Notes: generated from the sequence alone by a model not told the origin. A stretch of 62,920 nucleotides of DNA, filler included, from Octopus bimaculoides (GCF_001194135.2; 8 parts of 7 records of this genome joined end to end with filler, not necessarily neighbours in it); one strand, 5' to 3'. Positions 12,194 to 25,416 are shown, counted from the whole stretch's first letter. A program made the numbers and translations.

Positions 12194-12800
12194 TTTGCAC
12201 ATAATACTATCTTTTAAATCGCCCCTCTATGGATCCTATGTGAGATGCTAGATTTCGGGTAAGTTCCATCCTTGAGTTACCTTTTGCATATTATATACGA
12301 AAGGGTTCGTATGTCAGTTTCCTCATTTATTGGGGTTATTACAGTTACAAATGTTTTCGGTTTTGATATCATTTGCTGTGTCTTACATTAATTGATTTAT
12401 TAAAGCTGACAAGAGTTTTACAGAAAGGATAAAATATCTTTCATACAATTTCTATAAAGGAACTTATTATGACCTATAATCCCTATTAAAATAAAGAGAG
12501 ACTAGCGGATGAAAATTCTTAACGAGTTTTGTTATAACAGTTAACATAAACATTAGATTATACCACAGATTTTTCTCTTAATGTAAGACACAGCAAATGA
12601 TATCAAAACCGAAAACAGTTGTAACTGTAGAAACCCCAATAAATGAGGAAACTGACATACGAGCCCTTTGGTATAATATGCGAAAGGTAACGCAAGGATA
12701 GAACGCACCCGAAATCTAGCATCTCACATAAGATCCACAGAGGGGCGATTTAAAAGATAGTATTATGTGCAAAGATAGTATTATGTGAATATGCGGTTAA
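12194..12800. mobile_element. Long-TIR MITE / fold-back element (about 195-bp arms)
   Basis: 12194-12391 is the reverse complement of 12578-12773 with scattered mismatches; right end reads ...atatgcgg-TTAA. Confidence 0.85.
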
Positions 12801-13029
12801 ATGTATATGTAATTCAGCGTGAAAATTTTTAATTTTTAAACGGATATATCTTTTAATGTATTAATTGATTTATATTTTGCTGTCCTTTGATTTGGGGCTT
12901 TCCTCGATTTTATAATATGCATGCTTAAGACTGTTAGTTGAAGGGACCAATAAAACGAAACCATTTTCAAATGTGTATCCATTAAACTAATTTTATGTTT
13001 GCATATAACCTTATGTCAGTTCCATTCTA

Positions 13030-13180
13030 AACAAAACTGTCCGACGAACTGGAACGTAAAACTCTGAGTAACAGCTTTTGTAATATTCCTACTGCTTTTC
13101 AATAAAGCATATTACTCTACCTCTGATATTCGAGTACTATTTTTTCCACCTTGTTTCGCATTTATATGCTTACTCCGGTA
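13030..13180 (+). repeat. Short repeat ending in (TA)n, possible Penelope-type terminal remnant
   Basis: ggaacgtaaaactc resembles the GAAAC-GTA-AAA end of the hammerhead motifs elsewhere; 3' end runs into (TA)n like those elements. Confidence 0.3.
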
Positions 13181-13195
13181 TATATATACACACAC

Positions 13196-14048
13196 ATAGG
13201 ATCATCCTATAAATAATGGGTTTCAATTGCATGAACTAAAAGTCGGAAGGGGACTGGATAAATTATCTGCATCAACTTGCTATAAAAAAGGTAGTAATTT
13301 TTACCTTGTACTTATTCTTAGTGCAAGTTTTGAAGAGTTCAGTTCGATTTTAACAGTTACTTTTTCAAAGCAATAATGGAAATGACAAAGGAGCATATTC
13401 GGCATATTTTGCTTTGTGAGTTGAGTAAAGGTATCAACCCAACGGAAAGTGCGAGGAATCTTAATGCAGTATACGCTGATCGGACAATAAACGTTCCAGA
13501 AATTCCGAGCCGGAAACTACACTCTAGAAGACGAGCCTCGTCCTGAAAGATCTGTAGAGCTCATCGAGGACGTACTGCAAACGCTGGTGGAACAAAATCT
13601 CATTGTAACTTTTGAGGATCTAGCAGAGAAGCTTGGGTCTGGTCATTCAACCAATCATTCAAATCAGCGCTAGAAAAAAAACGACCGTCTTTAGTTTCAA
13701 GACGGAAGGTGTTCTTCCAGCTGGATAATGCTCGGAAGACATTCCAGAAGCTGGAGCAGGTTGACTGGGAAGCGATGCTCCACCTACGATATTTGCCGGA
13801 CATTGCCCCATCTGATTATAATTTATTCCGCAGTCTTCAGAATCATTTGGACGGAAATGAAATGAATTCTGTAGAAGAGGTCAGAACAGTAGTGGAGGAG
13901 TATTTTTCGTCACGGTCAAGTGAATTTTGGAAGTTGGGCCTTGCAAGTCTACCAGATAGGTGGAAGAGCATTGTAGGAAATGAAGGAGAGTATAATTTAG
14001 ATTAAAAAAGAAGTATAAAAAAACGGATTATTTATGGAATGACCTAAT
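13196..14048 (+). mobile_element. Mariner (DD34D) element, internally deleted, degenerate TIRs
   Basis: From ATG 13376: MEMTKEHIRHILL..., FRAGNYTLEDEPR; C-terminus YLPDIAPSDYNLFRSLQNHL...EGEYNLD* (stop 14005). Ends ataggatcatcctataaataat and attatttatggaatgacctaat are imperfect inverted repeats. Confidence 0.92.
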
Positions 14049-14070
14049 ATATGTGTGTGTGTGTGTGTGT

Positions 14071-14135
<65 letters not shown>

Positions 14136-14138
14136 TAG

Positions 14139-14171
<33 letters not shown>

Positions 14172-14506
14172 CAAATATATATATATATACATATATATAT
14201 TCATACTACAGTCGAATCACAAATAATAATAAATAATTCTGTATGAGACACATAGCATTTAAAGGGTTTGATTACATTTGTAAACTGAATAAATTCTTTT
14301 GCTATCAGCATGTCGGATTTGAGACAACGAATTCAACAGAAAAATAATTCCTCAATAGTATGGATTAGAGACCGCGGCTATTAAAAAGTAATAATTATTT
14401 ATGTATTAAACGATCTAAGTTAATTGGTGGGAACATTATAGAAGTTCATTAACTATTAATTTGGGTGAATAACGACAAGATTTATATAATTCAACAGAGA
14501 TTATCA

Positions 14507-14551
<45 letters not shown>

Positions 14552-14570
14552 NNNNNNNNNNAGAGAGAGA

Positions 14571-14606
<36 letters not shown>

Positions 14607-14979
14607 AAGACCGAAAAGGAAATAAAGTTATTGACAGGAAGAAAGGGAGAAAGATGTAAGGTCAAGATACAAGTTGAATATGAGAAAAGAGAGGGGGTGA
14701 GAGAGGAATTTCTAACGATTCATTCATCGTTGTTAGTTTCGGATGTATGTATGTTAAAGTCAACCCAGCAGGAGTACAGTTTCATTATATATTATTTTCA
14801 ATGTATGAAAATATAAAAAAAATTGTATAATGTATCTCATGACACAACTATAAGTAAAGAAAATAAGAACTGCAGAAAATATTTTAAATATAGTAACATG
14901 TAGGACAAAATATTATTAATTATTCATGGCAGTAATATATAAATTTATTGGTTCTAATAGAAATGTTTGAATGACGGTG

Positions 14980-15567
14980 AAAGATGGCATTTTCTGACTC
15001 GGGGAATGAGGAATATTGGTAGTTGCAATTACGGGACATGATGCAGATATTTTAGAAGGAGTTGATGTTGGTGATGAAATGCACCTTTTTGAAGAATAAT
15101 GTACCGAAGCACTTTTAATAGTAGCAAAATATTTTGTAAAATGTAGTAGGTAAATTTTCATCAAAGTGCTTCCATGTGAGAAAAAGCTACACACTTCTAA
15201 GTTATAAAAGGTATATTTTCATTATAATGGGTGGCTTTAACAAGTAAGTGTTTAAGAAAAGAAAGTAAAATCAGGCAATCTTTATATTCATATTGTACGT
15301 ATAGTGCGTTAAGGTGTATTGCTCTCTGCGTGGAATTGTTATTTTGGGAGACATGCTGATTGTAAACTATTGTTTAGTTGAAATCGATTCATAGAAGTTT
15401 TCTATTGTGAAGGGACGTGAGGACTCAAAAATGTTTCTAGCAAAAACTAGCCCGGATATTTCTATACATACTTCATGTATTAAATATTTTATAATGACTC
15501 CTGGGTGTTTGGAGTTAATATGTATGTAACAATCATGGCGATTAATGTTGCGATAGACACCTATCAC
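14980..15567 (-). pseudogene. Penelope-like retroelement ORF remnant (RT thumb and linker)
   Basis: VYRNINRHDCYIHINSKHPGVIIKYL...ISGL...IFESSRPF fits the recalled Penelope YRKP-x-YIH-x-S-x-HP-x-IIK thumb pattern; downstream PHYNENI resembles the linker PPYN motif. Multiple stops. Confidence 0.55.
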
Positions 15568-16682
15568 TAATGTTTATGTAATCCATATCTTTTCTGATTG
15601 TTAATATTATATATGTTGAGTCTGTCTAGTTTGGCGAACACCGCTACATGGCATGTCTCCGTCGAATCACTGTCCTTTTTATTTATCCCGTGTGAGTTGT
15701 CTGAATTAGAAGCAGTTTCTTCATTTTCATAATGATACAGATACCAGTGTCACTATTGAGTGCATTATTTCCCCCAAATTCCAAATCTCTCACAAAAAGA
15801 GTTTGAATATAATCGAATAGCTTTATGATATATAGAATTGTTTATTTTCTGTAGTGCATTGATTCCCTATATCGTTAAAACTATTTATTGTTGCAACAGT
15901 ATTTCATTGAGCTAATCACTTTGCGTGTCACTTAGTTGTGTGTGTGTCTGTGAGTGTTGAACTCTAAGACCAGTCCAAAAACCACTGAACCATGACATAC
16001 TAGCCCCTCCCCCCAATCCTTTTGATTCCCCAATGCTCTCCCCCACCCACCAACTAATCTCCCACACTATTTCTAACAAAAGCAAACATCTCTTAAACAC
16101 ATATTACAAGACAGGAGATGAAGGAAGGAAAGATTGGTCAATCCCCTAAAATTCTGTATACATACTTAAATATGATTGCTTCTGTATATATGCTTCTATA
16201 TAACCATAATTTTTGATGAACTTAAAATAATTATAAATTTATTTTACTACCTATTTTGAACACTTTCAGTCAATAGACTTCTATAAAAGACCTATGCGTT
16301 TTCAAATCCTCTTTCCTATATATTTTCACTCATGCGGTACCTTGNNNNNNNNNNNNNNNNNNNNNNNNNNNNNNNNNNNNNNNNNNNNNNNNNNNNNNNN
16401 NNNNNNNNNNNNNNNNNNNNNNNNNNNNNNNNNNNNNNNNNNNNNNNNNNNNNNNNNNNNNNNNNNNNNNNNNNNNNNNNNNNNNNNNNNNNNNNNNNNN
16501 NNNNNNNNNNNNNNNNNNNNNNNNNNNNNNNNNNNNNNNNNNNNNNNNNNNNNNNNNNNNNNNNNNNNNNNNNNNNNNNNNNNNNNNNNNNNNNNNNNNN
16601 NNNNNNNNNNNNNNNNNNNNNNNNNNNNNNNNNNNNNNNNNNNNNNNNNNNNNNNNNNNNATATATATATATATATATATAT

Positions 16683-16713
<31 letters not shown>

Positions 16714-17225
16714 GATATGTGTATATGTATGAGTACGTAAATACATCTATGTTTGAGTGTGTGTGCATGTACGCATACATGTTTGTGTGAGTATGTACAT
16801 ATGTAGACGTTGTGAAGGCAGGAAGTTTATGTCTATGTATTGTGAGAATATGGTCGTGTGTATTTTTTATCCCTTTTCTTTTTTCTTTTTCCACCTATTA
16901 GAGTTACTTCTCTATTATTTAACGGCTTTTCATAGCGTCCGGTACCATTAATAGGCGACGACAATGTATCTTAGCCCTTCGCTACGACATACGAAACTCC
17001 GAATACTATAATGACAATCTTTTACTGTCTGTTCTACATTATAACACACACACAGACACACACGCACACAGACACACACACACACACACAGACACACAAA
17101 CACAGAGACATACATACACACAGACATACACACACACACATACACATACACACACAGACGCACACACATCCATACATATATATATAGATAGAGTTAGATA
17201 AATAGATACGTAGATAGATAAACTG

Positions 17226-17265
<40 letters not shown>

Positions 17266-17567
17266 GCGCGTGTATATATATATATATATATATATNNNNN
17301 NNNNNNNNNNNNNNNNNNNNNNNNNNNNNNNNNNNNNNNNNNNNNNNNNNNNNNNNNNNNNNNNNNNNNNNNNNNNNNNNNNNNNNNNNNNNNNNNNNNN
17401 NNNNNNNNNNNNNNNNNNNNNNNNNNNNNNNNNNNNNNNNNNNNNNNNNNNNNNNNNNNNNNNNNNNNNNNNNNNNNNNNNNNNNNNNNNNNNNNNNNNN
17501 NNNNNNNNNNNNNNNNNNNNNNNNNNNNNNNNNNNNNNNNNNNNNNNNNNNNNNNNNNNNNNNNNNN

Positions 17568-17690
17568 CTTATTCTTTGGAAGCCTAGTACTTATTCTATC
17601 GGTCTCTTTTGCTGAACTGCTAAGTTACGGGGACATAAACACGCCAGCATCGGTTGTCAAGCGATGTTGGGGGGACAAACAGACACACAA

Positions 17691-17733
<43 letters not shown>

Positions 17734-17746
17734 CACACCCACACAA

Positions 17747-17779
<33 letters not shown>

Positions 17780-17884
17780 CATATATACGACGGGCTTCTT
17801 TCAGTTTCCGTCTACCAAATCCACTCACAAGGCTTTGGTCGGCCCGAGGCTATAGTAGAAGACACTTGCCCAAGGTGCCACACG
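17568..17884 (-). mobile_element. SINE family 1 copy with internal (CA)/(TA) repeat, lacking tRNA head
   Basis: Matches 27701-28120 up to gcccaaggtgcca, then breaks off. Confidence 0.9.
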
Positions 17885-18090
17885 AATCATGCATGTACCC
17901 CCATTACATCATTTTCATCTGCTAATTACTCCGACACACAGGAGCTATAGAGATAGAATGGTGCATGCGAACGCTAGGCCGAAACAGCTGTAAGTTTCTG
18001 TATATTCTCCAATTGCTAAATATACTTTATATTTGTAACTTTAATTGTTAATATGACATGGTATGTCATAAGCATCTGTATATTGTGGTT

Positions 18091-18295
18091 ATTCTTCTAC
18101 TCGTTTCAGCTATTTGATTGGGGCCATGAGCACCGCCTTTTAGTCCGAGAAATCGAGCTCTGGACTTATTCTTTGTAATCCTGGCACTTATTCCATCAGT
18201 CAATTTTGCCGAACCGCTAGTTACGGGGACGTAAACACTCCAGCATCGGTTATTTCGTGGTGGCAGGTGGGGGACAAACACAGACACAGACATAC
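18091..18295 (-). mobile_element. SINE family 1, 3' half
   Basis: gccatgagcaccgcctttt...gttacggggacgtaaacactccagcatcgg. Confidence 0.85.
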
Positions 18296-18589
18296 ACGCA
18301 TATACCTATATATATACACATACACGCACACACATATATATATGCGTGTGTGTGTGTACGTATTGAGCTGTATGGATATGTGTGCATGTCTGTATTCGAG
18401 TATATATCTGTATAATGTATCCATAATGTGCAATTACCATCTCGTCATCGATTAAAACATCTTCCTGTCTGCATAATTTACATAATGTTTATGAATGTTG
18501 CAGACAGCAGCGCGCATGCGAAACACTCTCCACGTATACATTTTCTATATAAACAAACATATTTTGACCGACACTATGAAGTAACAACA

Positions 18590-19870
18590 GCTATAAGCAG
18601 CAGCAGCAGCAGCGGAAGAAGAAGAAGAAGAAGAAGAAGAAGAAGAAGAAGAAAAAGAAGAACGACANNNNNNNNNNNNNNNNNNNNNNNNNNNNNNNNN
18701 NNNNNNNNNNNNNNNNNNNNNNNNNNNNNNNNNNNNNNNNNNNNNNNNNNNNNNNNNNNNNNNNNNNNNNNNNNNNNNNNNNNNNNNNNNNNNNNNNNNN
18801 NNNNNNNNNNNNNNNNNNNNNNNNNNNNNNNNNNNNNNNNNNNNNNNNNNNNNNNNNNNNNNNNNNNNNNNNNNNNNNNNNNNNNNNNNNNNNNNNNNNN
18901 NNNNNNNNNNNNNNNNNNNNNNNNNNNNNNNNNNNNNNNNNNNNNNNNNNNNNNNNNNNNNNNNNNNNNNNNNNNNNNNNNNNNNNNNNNNNNNNNNNNN
19001 NNNNNNNNNNNNNNNNNNNNNNNNNNNNNNNNNNNNNNNNNNNNNNNNNNNNNNNNNNNNNNNNNNNNNNNNNNNNNNNNNNNNNNNNNNNNNNNNNNNN
19101 NNNNNNNNNNNNNNNNNNNNNNNNNNNNNNNNNNNNNNNNNNNNNNNNNNNNGGGGGAGGAGGGGAGGAGGGGGAAGAGAGGAGGAGAAGAAGAAGAAGA
19201 AGACGACGACGACGACGAAGAAGAAGAAGAAGAAGAAGAAGAAGAAGAAGAAGAAAAAGAAGAACGACAACAACAACAGCAACGGCAGGAGCAGCAGCAA
19301 CAGCAACAGCAGTAGCAGCAGCAGCAGCAGCAATAACAACAACTGCTGCAAAGACAACAACTACGACGACTTGAACAATAGCTGCATCAGTAAGTCAAGT
19401 ATAGAATAATTTACCGATTGGCTGAATTTCTAGACTTGTCGACATTGCCATTTTCCCTGAATTATATTTGAGTTTAAATTAAAGGAAATTGATTTTAAAC
19501 GGAAATACAATCTTCGAGGAAACAGTCAAAAATAAATCGCACCATCCCCACCACCATAGCCATTACCACCACCACCATCACTGCCATCATTGTTACCACA
19601 AACATTACTGCAACCAACATCACCGCCACCACCACCTCTGCAGTGCCAATTCGACCATCGCAATAACACCAACAGCAATAACGTCACCGATTTCAACAAC
19701 AAAACCTATCACTCCCACTATCGCTACTACGAAAACCAATCCAACATCAATACCATCATTACCATTACTAGGATCAGAACCATTTCTAACCGTCAAAAAC
19801 AACAATAGCTATCATGGCAACAACAACAACATCGACACAACAACAACAGCAACAACAACACAACAATAAT
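18590..19870. repeat. Compound trinucleotide repeats (CAG, GAA, GAC, CAA, CAC/CAT) spanning a gap
   Basis: Direct reading; homopolymeric ORFs appear in several frames. Confidence 0.9.
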
Positions 19871-19874
19871 AGTT

Positions 19875-20093
19875 ATAAACCTTTCTACCATAAGCACGAA
19901 GGCTGAAATTCTTGAGGAAGGGAATAGTAGATTGCATCAACACCAGTATATGTCTGGTACCTATTTATCGATTCCAATAAAATGAAATTCGAAGTTTACC
20001 TCGATGGAATTTGTATTCAAAGCATAAATTACCGGAAGAAATGCTGCTAAGCATTTTCTTGACATACTGGCGATTCTGCCAGCTCGCCGCCCT
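19875..20093 (-). mobile_element. SINE family 2 copy, head next to (TTA)n
   Basis: cgattctgccagctcgccgcc is the reverse complement of the family-2 head. Confidence 0.8.
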
Positions 20094-20095
20094 GG

Positions 20096-20167
<72 letters not shown>

Positions 20168-20231
20168 TAGAAAGGATTGAGGTAACTCCTCCTGAAGATA
20201 TAGAGTCAAAATTAAAAGAAGAGTGCCATTT

Positions 20232-20331
20232 NNNNNNNNNNNNNNNNNNNNNNNNNNNNNNNNNNNNNNNNNNNNTTAATTAATTAANNNNNNNNNNNNN
20301 NNNNNNNNNNNNNNNNNNNNNNNNNNNNNNN
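20232..20331. other. Assembly gap spacer: 44 N + TTAATTAATTAA + 44 N (also at 25000, 36206, 48897, 52926, 57114, 61787)
   Basis: Identical 12-mer with stops in all six frames, centred in 100-nt gaps seven times. Confidence 0.97.
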
Positions 20332-21951
20332 TGTGTGTGTGTGTGTGTATGAATTTAAGTGGCTCGGTCCTCCCATTTTGGTCGTGCAGAACATCGAGAG
20401 CTGCACCAGTGAAGCATGTATGTATGTGTGTGTGTGTGTATTACATGAATATGCTCATAAATGTATATATATGCTATATACATACATATATGTGTATATT
20501 TATGCTATATATATGATTCACTGTTTTCCTTTTCTCTCTCTCACTCTCTCGCCCTCTGTCGCTCTATCTTTCATTTTCCTTTTCACTGCACGCATGACAA
20601 TTCCTGTTCTCTATCACATACGCTTATGTACATAAAAAGGCAAAATGTATGCGTAAGTACCGAGACGCGGAAGCAAAAAAAAACGAAACACGCACACACA
20701 CATAAACATACACACGCGCATAAGCATATAAACAGTTGCATGTTTACAAAAGCATACACACATGTACATGCACAAACACACAGTAATGCACGTACACCCA
20801 CAGTAAGAACAAACAAGCCACTTATTGACAAGAACATCCCACCTACGCCTAGACACAAGAATTTTCATTCTGTATCACACGAAACTATATTTTCTTTTGT
20901 TATGAGTTCGTGGATAATGTGTTATACTGCATTGTTTCATTATTGCATTTTTTATATGATAGAAGTTCAAAGAACTTTGGAGAATCTTACAGCCTTTGCC
21001 TGTAACTTTAATGAGTGCTTGTATATTGCTTGTATGCTGTGTTTCCCGTTTAAACGTGTTATCTTCATTTGAATTATAATTAAAAGGTATTTTCCCATGC
21101 TGTTCTTTACTAATTCAGTGACGTTTTACATTTCATTTTATTCTCACAGAATTAATTTAAATAAGAAACAAATGACATTTCTAGTGATTTTTTTTTCTTT
21201 CTGAATGGTATACTATAATATGAAGCCATCGTACAACTGTGAAGTGCTGGGTGGACATGCCGTCACCTCGCTCAGGTCAAGAAGACTACCTTCAAGTCAA
21301 CGATCAACGTAGGAGTTTCTTTGTGGCCACTCAACCTGCTTGTCAGAAATAGCAACCGATTTTCGAATCACCTCTTGCAAATTACACTATCTCAGAAAAA
21401 ATATGAACGAGGATATATGCGACAATGTGGCACTGGATGTATTGTTTGAAAACAACAGGTTCTAATATAGGCATAAGGCCAGTAGTTTAGGGTGGAAGGG
21501 ATCGTTTGCTTTCACTAAAAATCCACTAACAATCACCAGGCCTTCCTCTCCAGAGCTACGGACATTGACTCCAAATTCCCTTTTAAGCAGATCAACAGCT
21601 GTACTGCATTCATGATTAACTATGTATGTCTATCTGTCTATCTGTTTGTCCGTCTGTCTGTCTGTCTGTCTGTATGTATGTATGTATGTATGTATGTATA
21701 TATGTATGTGTGTATATTTGCATGTACATCAGATTTTACAAGGTAAAGGTTGACAGTGTTCGAAGTTTCCACTCACGCTTTCAGATGAAGCCAAACAAGC
21801 CGATACTTCGTAGTCACTGTTAGCCTTTTCCTTATAAAAGTTAATAAGTATGTACTCTACTAAAAAGTACTGAGTAATCTTTCATTTTAATGTTAAATTG
21901 TTTTTTATACACTGTATGGCATAAAAACAGACATTAAAATATTCATACATT

Positions 21952-22360
21952 AAGCAACGAAACGCTTAGTTGCATTTCGTCTATCTTCACATTCCGAGAT
22001 GAAATTACAGCCGATGTCGACTTTGCCTTCCATCCTTTCAAAGTCGTTAGAATAAGTACCAGCTAAGTACTGGGGTCAATGTTATCGATTTACCCCTCCC
22101 CGAAATTGCTAGCCTTGTGCCAAAATCTGAACCCAACATATACATACGTTAAGGCGGCGAGCCGGCAGAATCGTTACCACGACAGGAAACATGCATAGCG
22201 GCATCTCGTCCGTTAATACGTTTCGGCCGAGGTCTACGTTTTGTCTTTCGTCATTTCGGAGTGGATAAAATATTAAGTAACATTTGATCATTGAGATTGT
22301 TTTAATCGACTTGCCCTTTCCCCCAAAATGACTGGTTTTCTGCCAAAATTCGAAACCAAT
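21952..22360 (+). mobile_element. Two head-to-tail SINE family 2 copies
   Basis: Copy A 21952-22140; copy B head AAGGCGGCGAGCCGGCAGAATCG at 22151, tail gaaaccaat at 22360. Confidence 0.88.
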
Positions 22361-22626
22361 ACATACGTTTATACGTACGCACATACCTATGCATGTATGT
22401 ATGTATGTATGTATGTATGTATGTATTTATCTATATGTATATGTATACACAGAGAGAGAGAAAAAGAGAGAGAGAAAGAGAGAGAGAGAAAAAGAGAGAG
22501 AAAGAGAGAGAGAAAAAGAGAGAGAAAGAGAAAAGAAAAAGAGAGAGAAAGAGAAGAGAAAGGTGCAGACATTTTTCTTACATATTCCCGTTGTTAATGC
22601 AACTTTAATATTTTCTAGTTTGTCTA

Positions 22627-22672
<46 letters not shown>

Positions 22673-22935
22673 AGATATAGAGAACGTACTTTTGATAACA
22701 TAAAATTATTATGTTAATGGGTTATACATTCCAGGGGATATTACTTATTGTAAGTTGATTACGTAGGTATCCAAAGAAATACAAGAAAAAAAAACAAGTA
22801 TCTGATAAAAATCGAAGATATGAAAACGTAAATCATAAAATATACGATCGTGCAACTAATTTCAGTTCCCTAACATTACTGGCATTGTGCTAAAATTTGA
22901 AATCATTATTAGTTCTATTATCTTAATAGTAATAA

Positions 22936-23380
22936 AGGCGACGAGCTTGCACAATAGTTAGCGCGCCGGGGAAAATGCTTGCCGGCATTTCGTCCATCTT
23001 TACGTTCTGAGCTGAAATTACGCCAAGGTTGACTTTGCATTTTATCCTTTCGGGGTTGACAAAAAAATGCCAGTCGAACACTAGAGTCGATCTAATCGAA
23101 CTATCTCAACCCTAGAAATTGCAGGCCTTGTGCCAAAATTTAAAACCAATATTATTTTAATAATTGAGGCTTTGAGCTGGCAGAATCCTTAGCACTCCGA
23201 TCAAAATGCTTAGCGGCATTTCGTCCGTTTTCTGGTTCTGAGTTCAAATTTTGCCAAGGTCGACTTGGCTTTTCATCCTTTCGGGCTTGATAAAATAAGT
23301 ACCAGTTAAACACTGGGGTCGGTGTAATCGACTTATTCCCTTCCCCCTAAATTACTGGCCTTGTGTCAAAATTTGAAACA
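22936..23380 (+). mobile_element. SINE family 2 tandem dimer flanked by a 19-bp direct repeat
   Basis: Copies at about 22935-23150 and 23166-23380; attatcttaatagtaataa at 22917-22935 and 23381-23399. Confidence 0.88.
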
Positions 23381-23884
23381 ATTATCTTAATAGTAATAAT
23401 TTATTGTGATATTCTTATCAGGTTTGCAAAGAGTTGGACAAATGGCAATATAATGAGCTATAATCAATTTCTTTGAATAATAACTCTTGTTCAGATCCTG
23501 TTAGTCAGCTTCGACGTTTCGTTTTATCCCACCAGCTGCACCAACATCCTTTGTGTTGGGTGGGGGGGGGTACGAATTATATTACTCAATAGAAATTTAT
23601 GCAGAGTCAAGTGGTGACCAACGACATCGAGGCACACCAAAATCAAAACAGGGCATTTCACGTAGCATACATGATTTGTCAACCACGGCAAAAACAAAAG
23701 GCTAAGTCTATCTCGAGAACATTCTGACTCAGAACCTAAATGGACTTAATATTTTAGAACACGTTTGCCATTTCTGTCGTACTCCGTCTCTGACACTGAA
23801 TATAACATAATTCGCTTTTCATGGTCTCAACGTAGTTTTTATCAGTTGAATATTAATTAATGTTCGGGTTATTTCTATTGTACG

Positions 23885-24288
23885 TTGTTGTTGTTGTTGT
23901 TGTTGTTGTTGGCACTCTGTCGCTTACGACGTCGAGGGTTCCAGTTGATCCGATCAACGGAAGAGCCTACTCGTGAAATTAACGTGCAAGTGGCTGAGCA
24001 CTCCACAGACACGTGTACCCTTAACGTAATTCTCAGGAAGATTCAGCGTGACACAGTGTGAGCAGGCTGACCCTTTGAATTACAGACACAACAGAAACAG
24101 AAAGTAAGAGTGAGAGAAAGTTGTGGTGAAAGAGTACAGCAGGGTTCGCCACCATCCCCTGCAAGAACCTCGTGGAGCTTTAGGTGTTTTCGCTCAATAA
24201 ACACTCACAACGCCCGGTCTGGGAATCGAAACCGCGATCCTATGACCGCGAGTCCTCTGCCCTAACCACTGGGCCATTGCGCCTCCAC
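23885..24288 (-). mobile_element. SINE family 3: tRNA-derived head, (CAA)n tail, 11-bp TSD
   Basis: Head GTGGAGGCGCAATGGCCCAGTGGTTAGGGC...GGTTTCGATTCCC with A and B boxes; tail (CAA)n; TSD tctattgtacg at 23874-23884 and 24289-24299. Confidence 0.93.
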
Positions 24289-24565
24289 TCTATTGTACGC
24301 AGAGTTGAACAAAAGATGCCGCAACAATTTATGGAAATATTTAAAGAATTTTATTTATTTATTTATATCCATAAATTAAACAATTGTTAATGAGCTAAGA
24401 ATGTGTAATGAAGATATTTGCATATAATGAATGAGAAGGTGGTGTTGTATAAGTAGCTTTTACGATCTTTCATTTTCTCTGTCGTTTCTTGTAGTTGAAT
24501 AATAATTGTCATTTAACAGACCTAGAAACATACCCTCACATGCACGCATATATAAATACATAAAT

Positions 24566-24602
<37 letters not shown>

Positions 24603-24636
24603 CATACATACCTACATACATACATGCGTGCGCACG

Positions 24637-24840
24637 TGTGTCTTTGTGTTTGCCCACCACCGGTGTTGTTTTGTTTACGTCCCTGCAACCCAGCGATTCG
24701 ACAAAAAAAAAAAACGCAATAGAATAAGTACTGGTCTTTTAAAAAATAAGTACTAGAATCAATTCATTCGATTAATAAATCTTCAAGGCGGTGCCCCAGC
24801 ATGACCGCAGTCTAATGTCTGAAACAAGTACAAGATAAAA
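24637..24840 (+). mobile_element. SINE family 1, 3' half
   Basis: aaggcggtgccccagcatgaccgcagtc...tgaaacaagta. Confidence 0.8.
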
Positions 24841-25055
24841 TAATATACCCTTACAGTTGCAAGATAGGTAGATACTAGACTAGAGCAGTCGCTGGTTTAT
24901 GTTGTTATGTTCAGTAGCAAGATAGAGACAAGACAATTGACCTTATATAAGAATGNNNNNNNNNNNNNNNNNNNNNNNNNNNNNNNNNNNNNNNNNNNNT
25001 TAATTAATTAANNNNNNNNNNNNNNNNNNNNNNNNNNNNNNNNNNNNNNNNNNNN

Positions 25056-25097
<42 letters not shown>

Positions 25098-25171
25098 TCA
25101 AATTGAATAACGGAATAAGGGAATGTCCATGTGGAATGTATAAGTTTGATGCTCAGCAAAAAGCGAGAGTT

Positions 25172-25206
25172 TTTTACGCTTCGGACAAAGCTCTTTGTCA
25201 GAAAGG
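25172..25206 (-). ncRNA. Decayed minimal hammerhead-like motif
   Basis: CCTTT-CTGACAA-A-GAGC-ttt-GTCC-GAA-GCGT-A-AAA; core positions 8 and 15.1 are mutated. Confidence 0.35.
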
Positions 25207-25416
25207 AAAATGGAAAATCCAGACAAGAGAAAACATCACCAACAGTACACACATATATAGATTTCTATGTATGTATATATGTATGTATGTATGCATGCAT
25301 GCATGTTTGTATGTATATATGTATGTAGGAGAATATACAAATAATAACAACAGACGAGGACAGGTGGTGTAAATAACAAAAGTATATATTAGTATGACGC
25401 TCGGGAATACGGAAAG

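Noticed and set aside
18428-19870. Poly-E/Q/H ORFs resembling a low-complexity protein
   Set aside because: Trinucleotide repeat mosaic open in many frames, with no splice or domain support.
20167-20231. Possible R4/Dong fragment (IERIEVTPPEDIESKLK) after (TAA)n
   Set aside because: Only 65 nt before a gap; too short to call.
20276-20287. Regularly recurring TTAATTAATTAA palindrome (7 times) resembling an array or repeat system
   Set aside because: Always centred in 44N+12+44N gaps; an assembler spacer with stops in six frames.
24215-24288. tRNA-like sequence (also at SINE1 and SINE2 heads)
   Set aside because: A/B boxes are present but continue into SINE bodies with tails and TSDs; no complete cloverleaf gene.
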